Source: a virus
Length of the DNA: 64,000 nt
IMG/VR virus record: IMGVR_UViG_3300044846_001970
Location: 20,511 to 84,510 of that record
Reading direction: 5' to 3' (one strand)
The position numbers and the translations under genes are program-made. Positions 10,879-20,666 of the stretch are shown here, piece by piece; the first letter of the stretch is position 1; every line of letters starts with the position of its first letter. Below the pieces are notes generated by a model that worked only from the letters and a program-made list of their open reading frames with translations, did not search any database and was not told the origin of the DNA.

Positions 10879-13800
10879 TATCTAGGGGAGTATTGATTTT
10901 TAGTATTGTATAATTTTAAGATCATATTTGTATCATATGAATCTGTTTTAATTAAATACATTAGATTAACCATTTGTCTAAACTTCTTTCTTTGCATCTG
11001 AGGTTTACTATAATCTACTGCAAGAGGGTTAATAGATTTCTTATAACCATTTGATTCAGTAATCCATAATTTATCTTGAGGATAATTTCCTAATAACACT
11101 GTAGTACCTGGAATAAGTTGTCCTGTTGGAGGATAACCTGAACCTACTGGAAACTCTCCTCTATCTTTAGTTATATCCCAGAATTGGTTTATTCTATATT
11201 TACTTTCTTCTTTAGAGAATAATATATCAAAGGATTGCCCTGAAGTATTTAATTTAGGATAATCTAATGATAAAGTTATATTGTTCTTAGGAAAAATATT
11301 TAAGTTTAAATAACCAGAAATTTGCTCTGTATTATAAACAACTAGTTTATCAAAATTATAATCTAATACATTAAACTGATCTACACAATAGTTATTATCT
11401 CTTCTGTAACATTCAAGAACATATTCCATTGATCTAAGAGTTGTTACAGTTTGTCCTGTGCTTACAGGAAATTCTATTTCAAATGGATATTGTACACCAT
11501 AAAAATTACAATATGTAATACAATCAAAATTATGTTTATATAAACCATTATTATGTGTACTTACAAAACTTGCTTTTGATGGTATAGTTAAGTCAGGATG
11601 CCAGTCATGAAAGCTAATCCAAAATTTACTTTTAGGATCATAACTTACTGTAAATGAAGCATCTTCAAAAATCATTGGATCTCCTAATGGTAAGTAAAGT
11701 GGTGATGTAGGATTACCTGCTGAATCTGTTGGTGTATATTGGAAAGAACTATTTCTACCATCATTTATATAAATAACTTTGCCATCTAATAAATTACCTT
11801 GACTATCAAACTTTTTAAGTTTATAATCTTTTTTACAAAAATATAGTACTGAATTATAGTTATCATAAATTGCTTGAGTACCTACACCAGAAACAGGATT
11901 ATCTAAATAAGGATATTCAGGAAAGTCTTCTGTTAATTTACATGGTAAGAATTCATCAAACCACCATTTCATACCAGCTTGATTTATTTCTTGTAAACCT
12001 TCTCCATAAGTAAATACTTTACCTTGATCTTGTGATATATAATAAAGACCAGCAGGAGTTGATATTACAGATAATTTTCCTTGACAAGAACCATACATAT
12101 ATGGAGTATCTGCCACAACAATATTTTGTGCTTCTTTTGAAAACAAACCTCCATCACCAATAATAACTTTTGTTCCTGAGCCATCCATTTCTAATGTATC
12201 AACTCCTTGGAATACTTGAGGACTATCATTTTTAAATGTTAAAAAAGCTCCTGTTTTAGCAAATGTCTTAACTGAACTAACTTGACTAATAAACTTTTTT
12301 CTATTAAATGGTAAAAATATAAACCAGTTATCTGTAGGAGCATCATCTGAAATACCTAATGAATAAGTAATAACATTTGGTAAATAAGTATAACATAGTT
12401 GAGAAACTAATGGATCATAGTATGTACTTTGTAAAAAACCAAAAGATGTAAATCTATTTGTTAATCTAACAATGCTTAATGAAAAATCATAAATATAAAA
12501 GTTACCTTCTGTAGCTGTTAGTTTATCCATTCTAAATAATGTATTTAGATCTGTAAACATATAAGGTTGGTAACACTTTTCAAAATCAAATGTACCTACT
12601 TCTCTAAAGTCAAGTAATACATCTGATTCTACTACAAAGTCCCTTACTCCTGATGCAGAAAGATAAAAATAAGAATCTTTAGCAAATGTAAATCCTGGAT
12701 AAGGACTTGGATCATCATTAGTTCTATTATAATTTTTACTATCTAAATTAAAATAATCATTTGGAAAAAATCCATAACCTGTTGTGTTACCTTGAATTAG
12801 GTTAGACCATGCAGTAAAATTTGTAACTTGTAATTCTGCTACACTATACTTTTCACTGTTTGCCCAATATCTTGGCTCAGGAATCATTTGATTATTAAAA
12901 TAATTATAAGGATATCCATTAGGATCTCCATATAACCAATCATAAAAAAAGAACATTGGATTCTTTTCTGTAAATCTAGTTACATAAGTATCTCCATTAA
13001 ATAACTCTATAGTATTTTGAATTACTCTTTTATTATATGCTATTGTAACTACTGTACCATTTGGTTGTGTAACAGTAACATTAAAATCTTGAGATGGTAA
13101 AACAGGTATGTTTTGTTCACAAGGAGTAATAGGTAATTGTATAATTGAATTTAATTGTCCATACTGATCATCTAAGTCTACTTTGATTGCAGCATAGTGA
13201 CTTGCTATTGGAACACTAAATTCAATACTCTTTTCCCTTTCATTAATTTTTGGACCAAAATTATTACCTATATTAGGTAGCTCATCATCAAACATTCCAA
13301 GACTTCCTAATGATAAATCTTGTCCAGTTAAAAATTTAGGACCATCTGTTTGATTATTGTTTGCAGTTTCTGTTCTTAATACAAGTAACTTAGGTCTCTT
13401 ATAATTATTAATTGTATAACTATCAATATTACCTGTTACAGTATTTGTATAATTTTTAATTTCTTGAGATGTATTTGTAAACATATAAATACCATCAGCA
13501 ACTTTAAATCTTTTTGTGTCAGTATTAGAAGGTGTAGTATATACATCATATAGACCATGTCCTAAAAGTTGTAAAGCTTGTTGTCTATATGTACCTACAG
13601 CATACATTAAATCTACTGCAGCTTGAGCACCTTCTTGAAAATAATATGCTAATTGTGATAAGTCACCCCCAAAATTAATTAAAACATTAACCCATGATGG
13701 TAACATTTGCATACCTGTTAATTCTGCAGTATAACTTTGTGGAGTTAAATTACCACCAGCATTTAATATACTAGTATTATTAGTTTGATAAATATTACCT

Positions 13801-16289
13801 AATAACTCTGTTCCAGCAAATGCATCTAATAAAGATCCACCACCACTTCCATAACCTGCTATAGCTGACTCAAAAGCACTTTCAATACCACTAACTACAC
13901 CTGCAGCAATAGAATTTGTTTGTATACCTACTGTTGAATTACCTGCAGCTGCTGCAAATGTCCATTGTAAACCATATTGTGATGTAAAACCTCCAGAAGG
14001 ATAATTAATTTGTTTTTTACCACCAGACTTTAATAACACATCTATTAAACCAGCTACTAGTATTAAAAATAAAGCATCACTAGTCATTAACTTAAACTTA
14101 GGATGACCTTGTGGTTCAATAAATTGTTGTCTTGCTTGACCAGATAAATGGCCATACATCTTTAATTCATTTGTAGCAAGATAAGGATTTCTAAAACTTA
14201 CATCAGGTGAATGAAAACTAATAATGTTTTTTGGCATACTAACATTAACAACATCATTATTCTGCTTGGTTGATTTTATAAAAGGATCATTATATTGATA
14301 GTTATGGTGAGCAGGATTTGTACTATTTCCTAATGGGATAATAGTATTATAAGGATAGTTAGCATATAATCCTTTTCTAGTATTTGCAGGTACACCTTGT
14401 CTTCTGTAATCTCTAAAGTTATTTATCATACCTTTAGCAATAACAGTTTTATTTCCTTCTCTAGATCCTCTTAAAATTTCATAACCTACAAGTCCAGGAA
14501 TATCAATACCATTATTATCTTTTGGGATCATAATGTTATTAAACTTTACTCCCATTATTCTTATAAATAAAGCTCCTGTAGTAACATCTTTTCTAAAATG
14601 ATTAGAACCAGTAGCTGTACTTACTAAACCAGAAACATTATCATAAATTAAATTTTCAGGAAACTTATGATGTCTAATTGGTGTGCCACATAAATCATAA
14701 TTAAGACTTGGCACATTATATACACCACTCCATTGATGATAACTTGCATTATAAATATCTGGTCTATTATCTGGATATATTTCACTAGACTGCCAGTAAC
14801 CCATATCTCCAGTACCAATAACTACACCTCCATCAGATAATACTGTATTAGGTGAAGGAAAGTTTTGAGTAGCTGTATTTATAGTTTCAAATAAAAGAAT
14901 ATCTCCTGGAAAACTATTTGCATCAGAATAACTTCCATTTTCAAATTGATTTGGATTTGGTCCCCATTGTCTTGGTCCTCTTCCTGGTATATGATAAGAT
15001 GCTGTTTTATCTCCTGTATTATAGACCCATCTAATAAAGAAAGAATAAACTTCATCTCTCATGTAGTTTGTTTTACTACCTCCTTTAAAATAATAATCAG
15101 ATGGATATTCAACAGCAACCCATTCTGATGTAATTAAATTTGCTAATGGTTGATAATTAAAATCAAACTTAGATGTTGGTCCTATTCTTAATAAAAAATT
15201 ATTAAGTTGTGTCATTTGATCTGACTTTTCAAATATAGGTTGTATTATTCCTATAAGAGATACAGGAACACTTTCAAGACTAGGAGCATAAGCATCTATT
15301 GCAATTCTACTTGTTCTAGTTGAATAGTATCCAATTTCTCTTCCTATGGTATTCTCATTAATATTTGCTACTAAAACAAAAACAAATTCATCAAAGTTAT
15401 CTGAATCTGCAGTAACATTAAGAACTAAAGATCCCTGTGCTCCATTAACAGTATATACAGGTTGAACATTACTTGGTGCAAAATAATCAGTTACCTTTTC
15501 TCCTTTTATAGTATATGCTATTACTGCATAGTAACTACCATTTTCTAATGCTCCTGATCCATTTCCAATTTCTAAATTAAGACATGGTGTTTGCATTAAT
15601 CTTGCTAATCTTGTTGCATCACAATCTAAAGTATTAAGATCAACACAAATATTACAAGAACTAACTACACTACAGAATTGATCCCATTGAACTCCAGGCC
15701 ATAAAATTTTTGTAGCTGGGTCTAATATGTTAATATAATAATTTACATTAGCTCCTGGTCCAGCCCAAATATATTCAGAAAGTGAAGGCCATAGTTGTGA
15801 ATCTCCAATATTTAAATATCTATCTGGATTAAGTCCATCAGCCCAATATGCTTGCCATGAACAATCTTGTAATTGTCTTGTTGCTCCAGAGATAAGATTA
15901 GTTTTACTAAAACCTAAACACTTATCTTGAACAATTGGTCTATAGATACAACTCTCTTCATCAAATATACCAATCTCTGACATAGCAGACATAATAGATA
16001 TATCTGTAATATGTGCTGCTGTAAAGATGAGCCACTTATCACTAAACAAATGTATGGTGCCTATTATATATTTATAAGGAGCTACTATTGTTGCTCCTGC
16101 TGTTGCACATAATACATTTGCTGATTCATTAGATATAGTTCCAACATCTCCTTCAGAAGTATTGTTTACTGCATTTCTAGCATGAGTCCACATTCCTTCT
16201 CCAAGAAAACCTTGATCAGAATCTTTATTAAGACCTTTAATAAAAGTAGATAACTTATCTAATCCGCTACTTGCTTCTTCTTTTGCCAT
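10878..16289 (-). CDS. Tail stabilization / muzzle protein (P22 gp10-like, crAss-like)
   Basis: 1803 aa; F.KGLNKD...ARNAVN start, YMRDEVYSF, PIRHHKFP, WISFHDW motifs; position after tail tubular gene. Confidence 0.8.
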   Translation of the reverse strand: MAKEEASSGLDKLSTFIKGLNKDSDQGFLGEGMWTHARNAVNNTSEGDVGTISNESANVLCATAGATIVAPYKYIIGTIHLFSDKWLIFTAAHITDISIMSAMSEIGIFDEESCIYRPIVQDKCLGFSKTNLISGATRQLQDCSWQAYWADGLNPDRYLNIGDSQLWPSLSEYIWAGPGANVNYYINILDPATKILWPGVQWDQFCSVVSSCNICVDLNTLDCDATRLARLMQTPCLNLEIGNGSGALENGSYYAVIAYTIKGEKVTDYFAPSNVQPVYTVNGAQGSLVLNVTADSDNFDEFVFVLVANINENTIGREIGYYSTRTSRIAIDAYAPSLESVPVSLIGIIQPIFEKSDQMTQLNNFLLRIGPTSKFDFNYQPLANLITSEWVAVEYPSDYYFKGGSKTNYMRDEVYSFFIRWVYNTGDKTASYHIPGRGPRQWGPNPNQFENGSYSDANSFPGDILLFETINTATQNFPSPNTVLSDGGVVIGTGDMGYWQSSEIYPDNRPDIYNASYHQWSGVYNVPSLNYDLCGTPIRHHKFPENLIYDNVSGLVSTATGSNHFRKDVTTGALFIRIMGVKFNNIMIPKDNNGIDIPGLVGYEILRGSREGNKTVIAKGMINNFRDYRRQGVPANTRKGLYANYPYNTIIPLGNSTNPAHHNYQYNDPFIKSTKQNNDVVNVSMPKNIISFHSPDVSFRNPYLATNELKMYGHLSGQARQQFIEPQGHPKFKLMTSDALFLILVAGLIDVLLKSGGKKQINYPSGGFTSQYGLQWTFAAAAGNSTVGIQTNSIAAGVVSGIESAFESAIAGYGSGGGSLLDAFAGTELLGNIYQTNNTSILNAGGNLTPQSYTAELTGMQMLPSWVNVLINFGGDLSQLAYYFQEGAQAAVDLMYAVGTYRQQALQLLGHGLYDVYTTPSNTDTKRFKVADGIYMFTNTSQEIKNYTNTVTGNIDSYTINNYKRPKLLVLRTETANNNQTDGPKFLTGQDLSLGSLGMFDDELPNIGNNFGPKINEREKSIEFSVPIASHYAAIKVDLDDQYGQLNSIIQLPITPCEQNIPVLPSQDFNVTVTQPNGTVVTIAYNKRVIQNTIELFNGDTYVTRFTEKNPMFFFYDWLYGDPNGYPYNYFNNQMIPEPRYWANSEKYSVAELQVTNFTAWSNLIQGNTTGYGFFPNDYFNLDSKNYNRTNDDPSPYPGFTFAKDSYFYLSASGVRDFVVESDVLLDFREVGTFDFEKCYQPYMFTDLNTLFRMDKLTATEGNFYIYDFSLSIVRLTNRFTSFGFLQSTYYDPLVSQLCYTYLPNVITYSLGISDDAPTDNWFIFLPFNRKKFISQVSSVKTFAKTGAFLTFKNDSPQVFQGVDTLEMDGSGTKVIIGDGGLFSKEAQNIVVADTPYMYGSCQGKLSVISTPAGLYYISQDQGKVFTYGEGLQEINQAGMKWWFDEFLPCKLTEDFPEYPYLDNPVSGVGTQAIYDNYNSVLYFCKKDYKLKKFDSQGNLLDGKVIYINDGRNSSFQYTPTDSAGNPTSPLYLPLGDPMIFEDASFTVSYDPKSKFWISFHDWHPDLTIPSKASFVSTHNNGLYKHNFDCITYCNFYGVQYPFEIEFPVSTGQTVTTLRSMEYVLECYRRDNNYCVDQFNVLDYNFDKLVVYNTEQISGYLNLNIFPKNNITLSLDYPKLNTSGQSFDILFSKEESKYRINQFWDITKDRGEFPVGSGYPPTGQLIPGTTVLLGNYPQDKLWITESNGYKKSINPLAVDYSKPQMQRKKFRQMVNLMYLIKTDSYDTNMILKLYNTKNQYSPR

Positions 16290-17344
16290 TATATAACTCT
16301 TGTTGCATTAGGATTTGGTCTGTATGTATTTGCTGGTCTATTAGAATTAAACATATCATAATACTTAGAATACTGTGCTCTTCTATTAGTCCACCATAAT
16401 TTTTCCATTTCTTTAAAGTTAGGAGTATTTACTAAACTTAAAGCATTATTTCTAGCAGACTTAACTCTTTGTTCTACTAACTGCATTCTTTGTGATACAT
16501 CTTCTCCATTTAAATAAAGATTTTCAAGTATTCTTTGTTTAAATGAATACTCATAATATTCATTAAGAAGATCATGATCTGGAACTAATAACTGTCCATC
16601 ATCTGTCTCCATTTGACCTTGATAATTTAAATAAACTTTTCCTGTTTCAAAAGTAGTAAATAAAAAACCACCTTGTATCCAACCTTCATTATTAGTATTC
16701 TGATATAAGTTAGGGCAATTACAATCAATACCTTGACTTTGTCTCATCCTTAAAGGTAAAAGACTTTTGTATGTTCTTGTTTGAGATGAATTGACTACTT
16801 GAATAAGTTCCCATTTTTCTCCTTTACAGTTCATAAAAACTCTTGGTCTAATACAAGTATCCCCATAAGGACTTAAAGGGTCATAGGATGTAGGTATAGT
16901 AGGTGTAGGGCAAGTAGTATCACAACTGTTATTCATGCAAGCTGCTGTATGATTACATGGATTTGCATTACATACTGCACAGTTTACAGTTATAGGAGCA
17001 CACACATCTACATTAGCAGGTACTTCTACATAAGGAACTTCTTGCATATTAGTACCACCAGTCATTCCACCATAACCAACACTTACTGTATAGTCATTAC
17101 AAATGAAGGCATAATTAAAAGTATAAAAATCATCAGGTAATTTTACTCTACCATGAGTTACATCTAGTATAACTTCTTTAGTTTGATTAATTCTTAAACC
17201 TAAATCATAGTTTATTTTTTTAGCTAATTTGATAAGTTGTTGAGGCTCTATCATATTCTCTAAAGCAAATGTGTTTAGATCAATAGTAACATCTTCCAGC
17301 AACTGGTCAAATGTTCTATATTTAAGTGTATAATTAAAATCCAT
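16289..17344 (-). CDS. Tail tubular/ring protein (crAss-like)
   Basis: GRVKLPDDF...G.LFTTFETGKVYLNY.G...DG..LVPD motif; directly upstream of the stabilization protein. Confidence 0.7.
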   Translation of the reverse strand: MDFNYTLKYRTFDQLLEDVTIDLNTFALENMIEPQQLIKLAKKINYDLGLRINQTKEVILDVTHGRVKLPDDFYTFNYAFICNDYTVSVGYGGMTGGTNMQEVPYVEVPANVDVCAPITVNCAVCNANPCNHTAACMNNSCDTTCPTPTIPTSYDPLSPYGDTCIRPRVFMNCKGEKWELIQVVNSSQTRTYKSLLPLRMRQSQGIDCNCPNLYQNTNNEGWIQGGFLFTTFETGKVYLNYQGQMETDDGQLLVPDHDLLNEYYEYSFKQRILENLYLNGEDVSQRMQLVEQRVKSARNNALSLVNTPNFKEMEKLWWTNRRAQYSKYYDMFNSNRPANTYRPNPNATRVI

Positions 17345-18003
17345 TATCTAAGAGTATTTTGACTATCATCAGCACCATCTGTTGGTATTGACATAGACAT
17401 AGTTAATTCTTTAATTACCATTTGTTCTACTTCAGAAAATAAATACTCTGGAATATTATAACTTTCATTTTGTCTAGTCATACAATCTTCTTCACAAATT
17501 TCTACTTTGTTTTCAAAAATAGCTTCCATCCTTATTGCTTCCCAATCTATATTAGGACAATAGATATATCCATTTAAATACCAAAAGTATCTTCTTGTAT
17601 TGTATTTGAAAGTTGTTGATTTTGTAATAGACACCCAAGTCCCTGGTTCTGTTCTAAACATTTCTATAGAACCATCTATAGAAGATGTAGTACGTATAAT
17701 AGGACCAAACATACCATCTAGTATACTTGGTAATTTATCTTTTGATCTTTTAAAATAACATTCAGAATAAACTCCAACACATCCAGCTTCTACTTTATCT
17801 ACATCTATTAGTTCTATATAAGGTAGAACTTGAAAGATCTGACTCATCTTCATTAACCTGAATTGATTGTCTTCTCTTTTAATTAAAGTCTTTGCATATT
17901 TTTGTATTGCAAAATAAATAGTTCTATCTGTTAAGAAAGGATCTTCCTTAACTGCCTTTAGAACATTTCTAACTCTTGATATGGCTTCTCCAATTGTTGT
18001 CAT
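17344..18003 (-). CDS. Putative tail ring/structural protein
   Basis: 219 aa, YFWYLNGYIY, C-terminal P.DGADDS; crAss-like gene order. Confidence 0.6.
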   Translation of the reverse strand: MTTIGEAISRVRNVLKAVKEDPFLTDRTIYFAIQKYAKTLIKREDNQFRLMKMSQIFQVLPYIELIDVDKVEAGCVGVYSECYFKRSKDKLPSILDGMFGPIIRTTSSIDGSIEMFRTEPGTWVSITKSTTFKYNTRRYFWYLNGYIYCPNIDWEAIRMEAIFENKVEICEEDCMTRQNESYNIPEYLFSEVEQMVIKELTMSMSIPTDGADDSQNTLR

Positions 18004-18581
18004 AGGTCAAACTCATTATAATTTTCTAAAGCAATTTTTTGTTTCTTTAATATTATATCTTTTAAAATAGCTTTTTGATATGTAAGTCTAAGTTTTGTGG
18101 TCGCATCTACTACAACATACATATTCCAATTTTCTGGATAACTTTTAGCAACAGCTCTTTTAAATTCTCTACATGCTACAAAACTCCAAAATTCTCTATT
18201 TTTCATTTTATGTTTTGGGGCATGACTTGTAAAAAAAATCTTTGCTAGTTTACCATCTGATTCCCAATTCCTATTTGTTACAGTAACTCCATATTTGTTA
18301 GATTTAGCAAAGTCAATATTTTGTTTCTTACTTTCTTGACATGTACCAATAAATAACCAACCTATTGTTTCTGGAAGTTGAACTCCATCTCTTTTATCTA
18401 TAACAGTTTTATAAACAGCATTATTAAAATTCTTTACTATATTTTTTAATAACCCATCATCTATATTTTTATACTTAGTATGTTTTTCTTTAAACTTTTT
18501 AAAAAACTCTTTATTTAGAACATTATAACTGTCCGGTCTAAATCTTGGAGCTTTAACATCTGGCTTTTTAAATTCTTTCAT
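18000..18581 (-). CDS. IHF/HU-like basic DNA-binding protein
   Basis: Lys-rich, DGVQLPETIG.LFI and F.ACREFKR motifs; occupies the IHF-like slot before tail genes in crAss-like phages. Confidence 0.5.
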   Translation of the reverse strand: MKEFKKPDVKAPRFRPDSYNVLNKEFFKKFKEKHTKYKNIDDGLLKNIVKNFNNAVYKTVIDKRDGVQLPETIGWLFIGTCQESKKQNIDFAKSNKYGVTVTNRNWESDGKLAKIFFTSHAPKHKMKNREFWSFVACREFKRAVAKSYPENWNMYVVVDATTKLRLTYQKAILKDIILKKQKIALENYNEFDL

Positions 18582-18638
18582 ACTATACTATTTAATATAC
18601 TAAAAATAAATGACTTTAGCAAATATAGGTATAAAAAC

Positions 18639-18665
18639 AAAACCTCCCACAAGTGTGAGAGGTCT
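18639..18665 (-). terminator. Putative intrinsic terminator
   Basis: Imperfect hairpin acctcccac/gtgtgagaggt with A-run on plus side, downstream of the 78-aa ORF. Confidence 0.4.
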
Positions 18666-18705
18666 GTCTGTTGTTACAGAAACCAACAACTGCAACTTTA
18701 TTTTT

Positions 18706-18942
18706 TTATGCACAGAAATGTGCTACTATTAAAGCTAATGCATCTGCCATAGATGTATTAGTAGGAACTACTTCTACTAAACCACACATAATTGGATCAC
18801 CAGTATATATAGTACACTGAGCATCTGTTACTGTGTAACATGGTTCTGGATCAGGACATCCTCCTGGGGTTGGGCATGGAGCTGGACTAACTAAAAAGCT
18901 ATCTTTACATCCACATTCTTTACAAGTATATTTTGTTGCCAT
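18706..18942 (-). CDS. Small Cys-rich fibre-associated protein
   Basis: 78 aa; CTIYTGDPIMC motif resembles the CVIWQGPDLPC N-terminus of the neighbouring 561-aa protein. Confidence 0.55.
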   Translation of the reverse strand: MATKYTCKECGCKDSFLVSPAPCPTPGGCPDPEPCYTVTDAQCTIYTGDPIMCGLVEVVPTNTSMADALALIVAHFCA

Positions 18943-18953
18943 AATTTAAATTA

Positions 18954-20639
18954 TTAAGTACAAGGTACAGGAGTTGGTATTAAAGTTTCACAAGGTCCTA
19001 TGTAAGACATAAGTCCTGATAATTGAATTATAAATCCACCAAGTTGATCAGCATGACCAGCATTTTGAGTAAAGGCCCAAGTATCAGCATCACCTGTAAG
19101 ACTAGGTGAATATGCACCTGCTGCTGTAGCATTATAACTTGAGGGTGCAGTTGGTGTAAAAGTTGGTATATTTTCACCAGATATAATATTACTTATCACA
19201 CTTCTACTTATAGCACTATATTCAATACCAGATCCTGCACTTGCATATGATTCATCATATAAAGGCCCAGATATTTGTAATACACCAGAACTTGAAATAG
19301 AAACACCTACTAAAGAATTTAAACCAGCATTTATATTACCTGTAGTTCTTACTGTTCTTTGAATAATCTGTCTTGTACCTAAAACATAACTTCCATCTAA
19401 TGTATTACCTACTGGTATAACTGATGTAGGAATTACTGAATTACCTTTATTAAACCTAAGACCAATTGCAGTACCTGCCGCCCATACACCACCATTATAT
19501 CCTATTAATAAACATGAGTCAGCTGCATTAACAGAAGTAATAGTATTAAATGTATTTCCGTATGCTAATGGAACATAATCATCTGCATCATTTGATGTAT
19601 TAATAACACCTCCCGCACCAAAACTTGCATTTCCCATAGGAACAACAGCATATCCTCTAAAATGAATTACATTACCAATTCTTCTACATTGTGGTCTACC
19701 TGGATTAGCAGACATAAAAGCAAATCCTGATAAATTAACCCATCCTGTATCTTGAACATTTGCGGTTAATACCCCAGTTGTAAAATCTAAATTAACAGAG
19801 TTTGTATCTTGTACACTTAAAGGTGTACTAGTTATTTGACAAAGAGCAATCCATATATTAGTTATACTTTCTGCTAAAGTTGTTGGAGTTGCTGTCCAAT
19901 TTGGATTAGATGTAATGTCTGTACTAAAACTACAATCAGGAACTAATGAAGTTCCAATTTGAGATATAGTTCCTAATACACCCATTAAACTACAATAACC
20001 ATTAGTAGTGTTATTAATTAATTGATCAAGAACAATATCTAATGAGTATGAATTACCAGAAAGTAAAGTTCCAATATTACAATTAATAACAATACTTGGA
20101 ATTGGAATAGCTGGTGGAGGTGTATCTTCTAATGCAGTTACTCTTATTAATAAATTACTTATCTGTAAATTAATATTAGATATGTCTGTAATGATTGAAC
20201 AAATTCTTAATCCTATTGCATTAACATAATCTACTAATTGCATAGTAGTTTGTGTTCCTATTACAAAACATGGAGCTACACTTACTACACAATCAGGACA
20301 TCCTGTTAAATCTGCTGAACTACTTCTAGTTGAAAATGCATCACTTCTAGCTAAAGTTGTATCAATATTTTCTAAAGCACAAATTCTATCAATTAAAAAT
20401 TGTATTAATGTAACAAAATCTTTTGGTCCACAAGCAGTAATATCAAAGCATGTAAGATCATAATTTTTTATATCTAATATATCTAATATACCACATAGTT
20501 CTAAAGCAAGTGCTTCTACTACATCTGATATAGTGTCTCCTTTACATAACTTAATACATGGAAGATCTGGACCTTGCCAAATGACACAGTTTGATGAAAT
20601 TGGGCTACAAGGAGAGTTATCGTAATTTAAAGGTTTCAT
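18954..20639 (-). CDS. Putative tail fibre protein
   Basis: Cys-rich N-terminus, heptad coiled coil (ISNINLQISNLLIRVTALE), DTGWVNL...CRRIGNVIHFRG fibre-tip motif. Confidence 0.65.
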   Translation of the reverse strand: MKPLNYDNSPCSPISSNCVIWQGPDLPCIKLCKGDTISDVVEALALELCGILDILDIKNYDLTCFDITACGPKDFVTLIQFLIDRICALENIDTTLARSDAFSTRSSSADLTGCPDCVVSVAPCFVIGTQTTMQLVDYVNAIGLRICSIITDISNINLQISNLLIRVTALEDTPPPAIPIPSIVINCNIGTLLSGNSYSLDIVLDQLINNTTNGYCSLMGVLGTISQIGTSLVPDCSFSTDITSNPNWTATPTTLAESITNIWIALCQITSTPLSVQDTNSVNLDFTTGVLTANVQDTGWVNLSGFAFMSANPGRPQCRRIGNVIHFRGYAVVPMGNASFGAGGVINTSNDADDYVPLAYGNTFNTITSVNAADSCLLIGYNGGVWAAGTAIGLRFNKGNSVIPTSVIPVGNTLDGSYVLGTRQIIQRTVRTTGNINAGLNSLVGVSISSSGVLQISGPLYDESYASAGSGIEYSAISRSVISNIISGENIPTFTPTAPSSYNATAAGAYSPSLTGDADTWAFTQNAGHADQLGGFIIQLSGLMSYIGPCETLIPTPVPCT

Positions 20640-20666
20640 ATCTTTTCTATTAATATAATATACAAA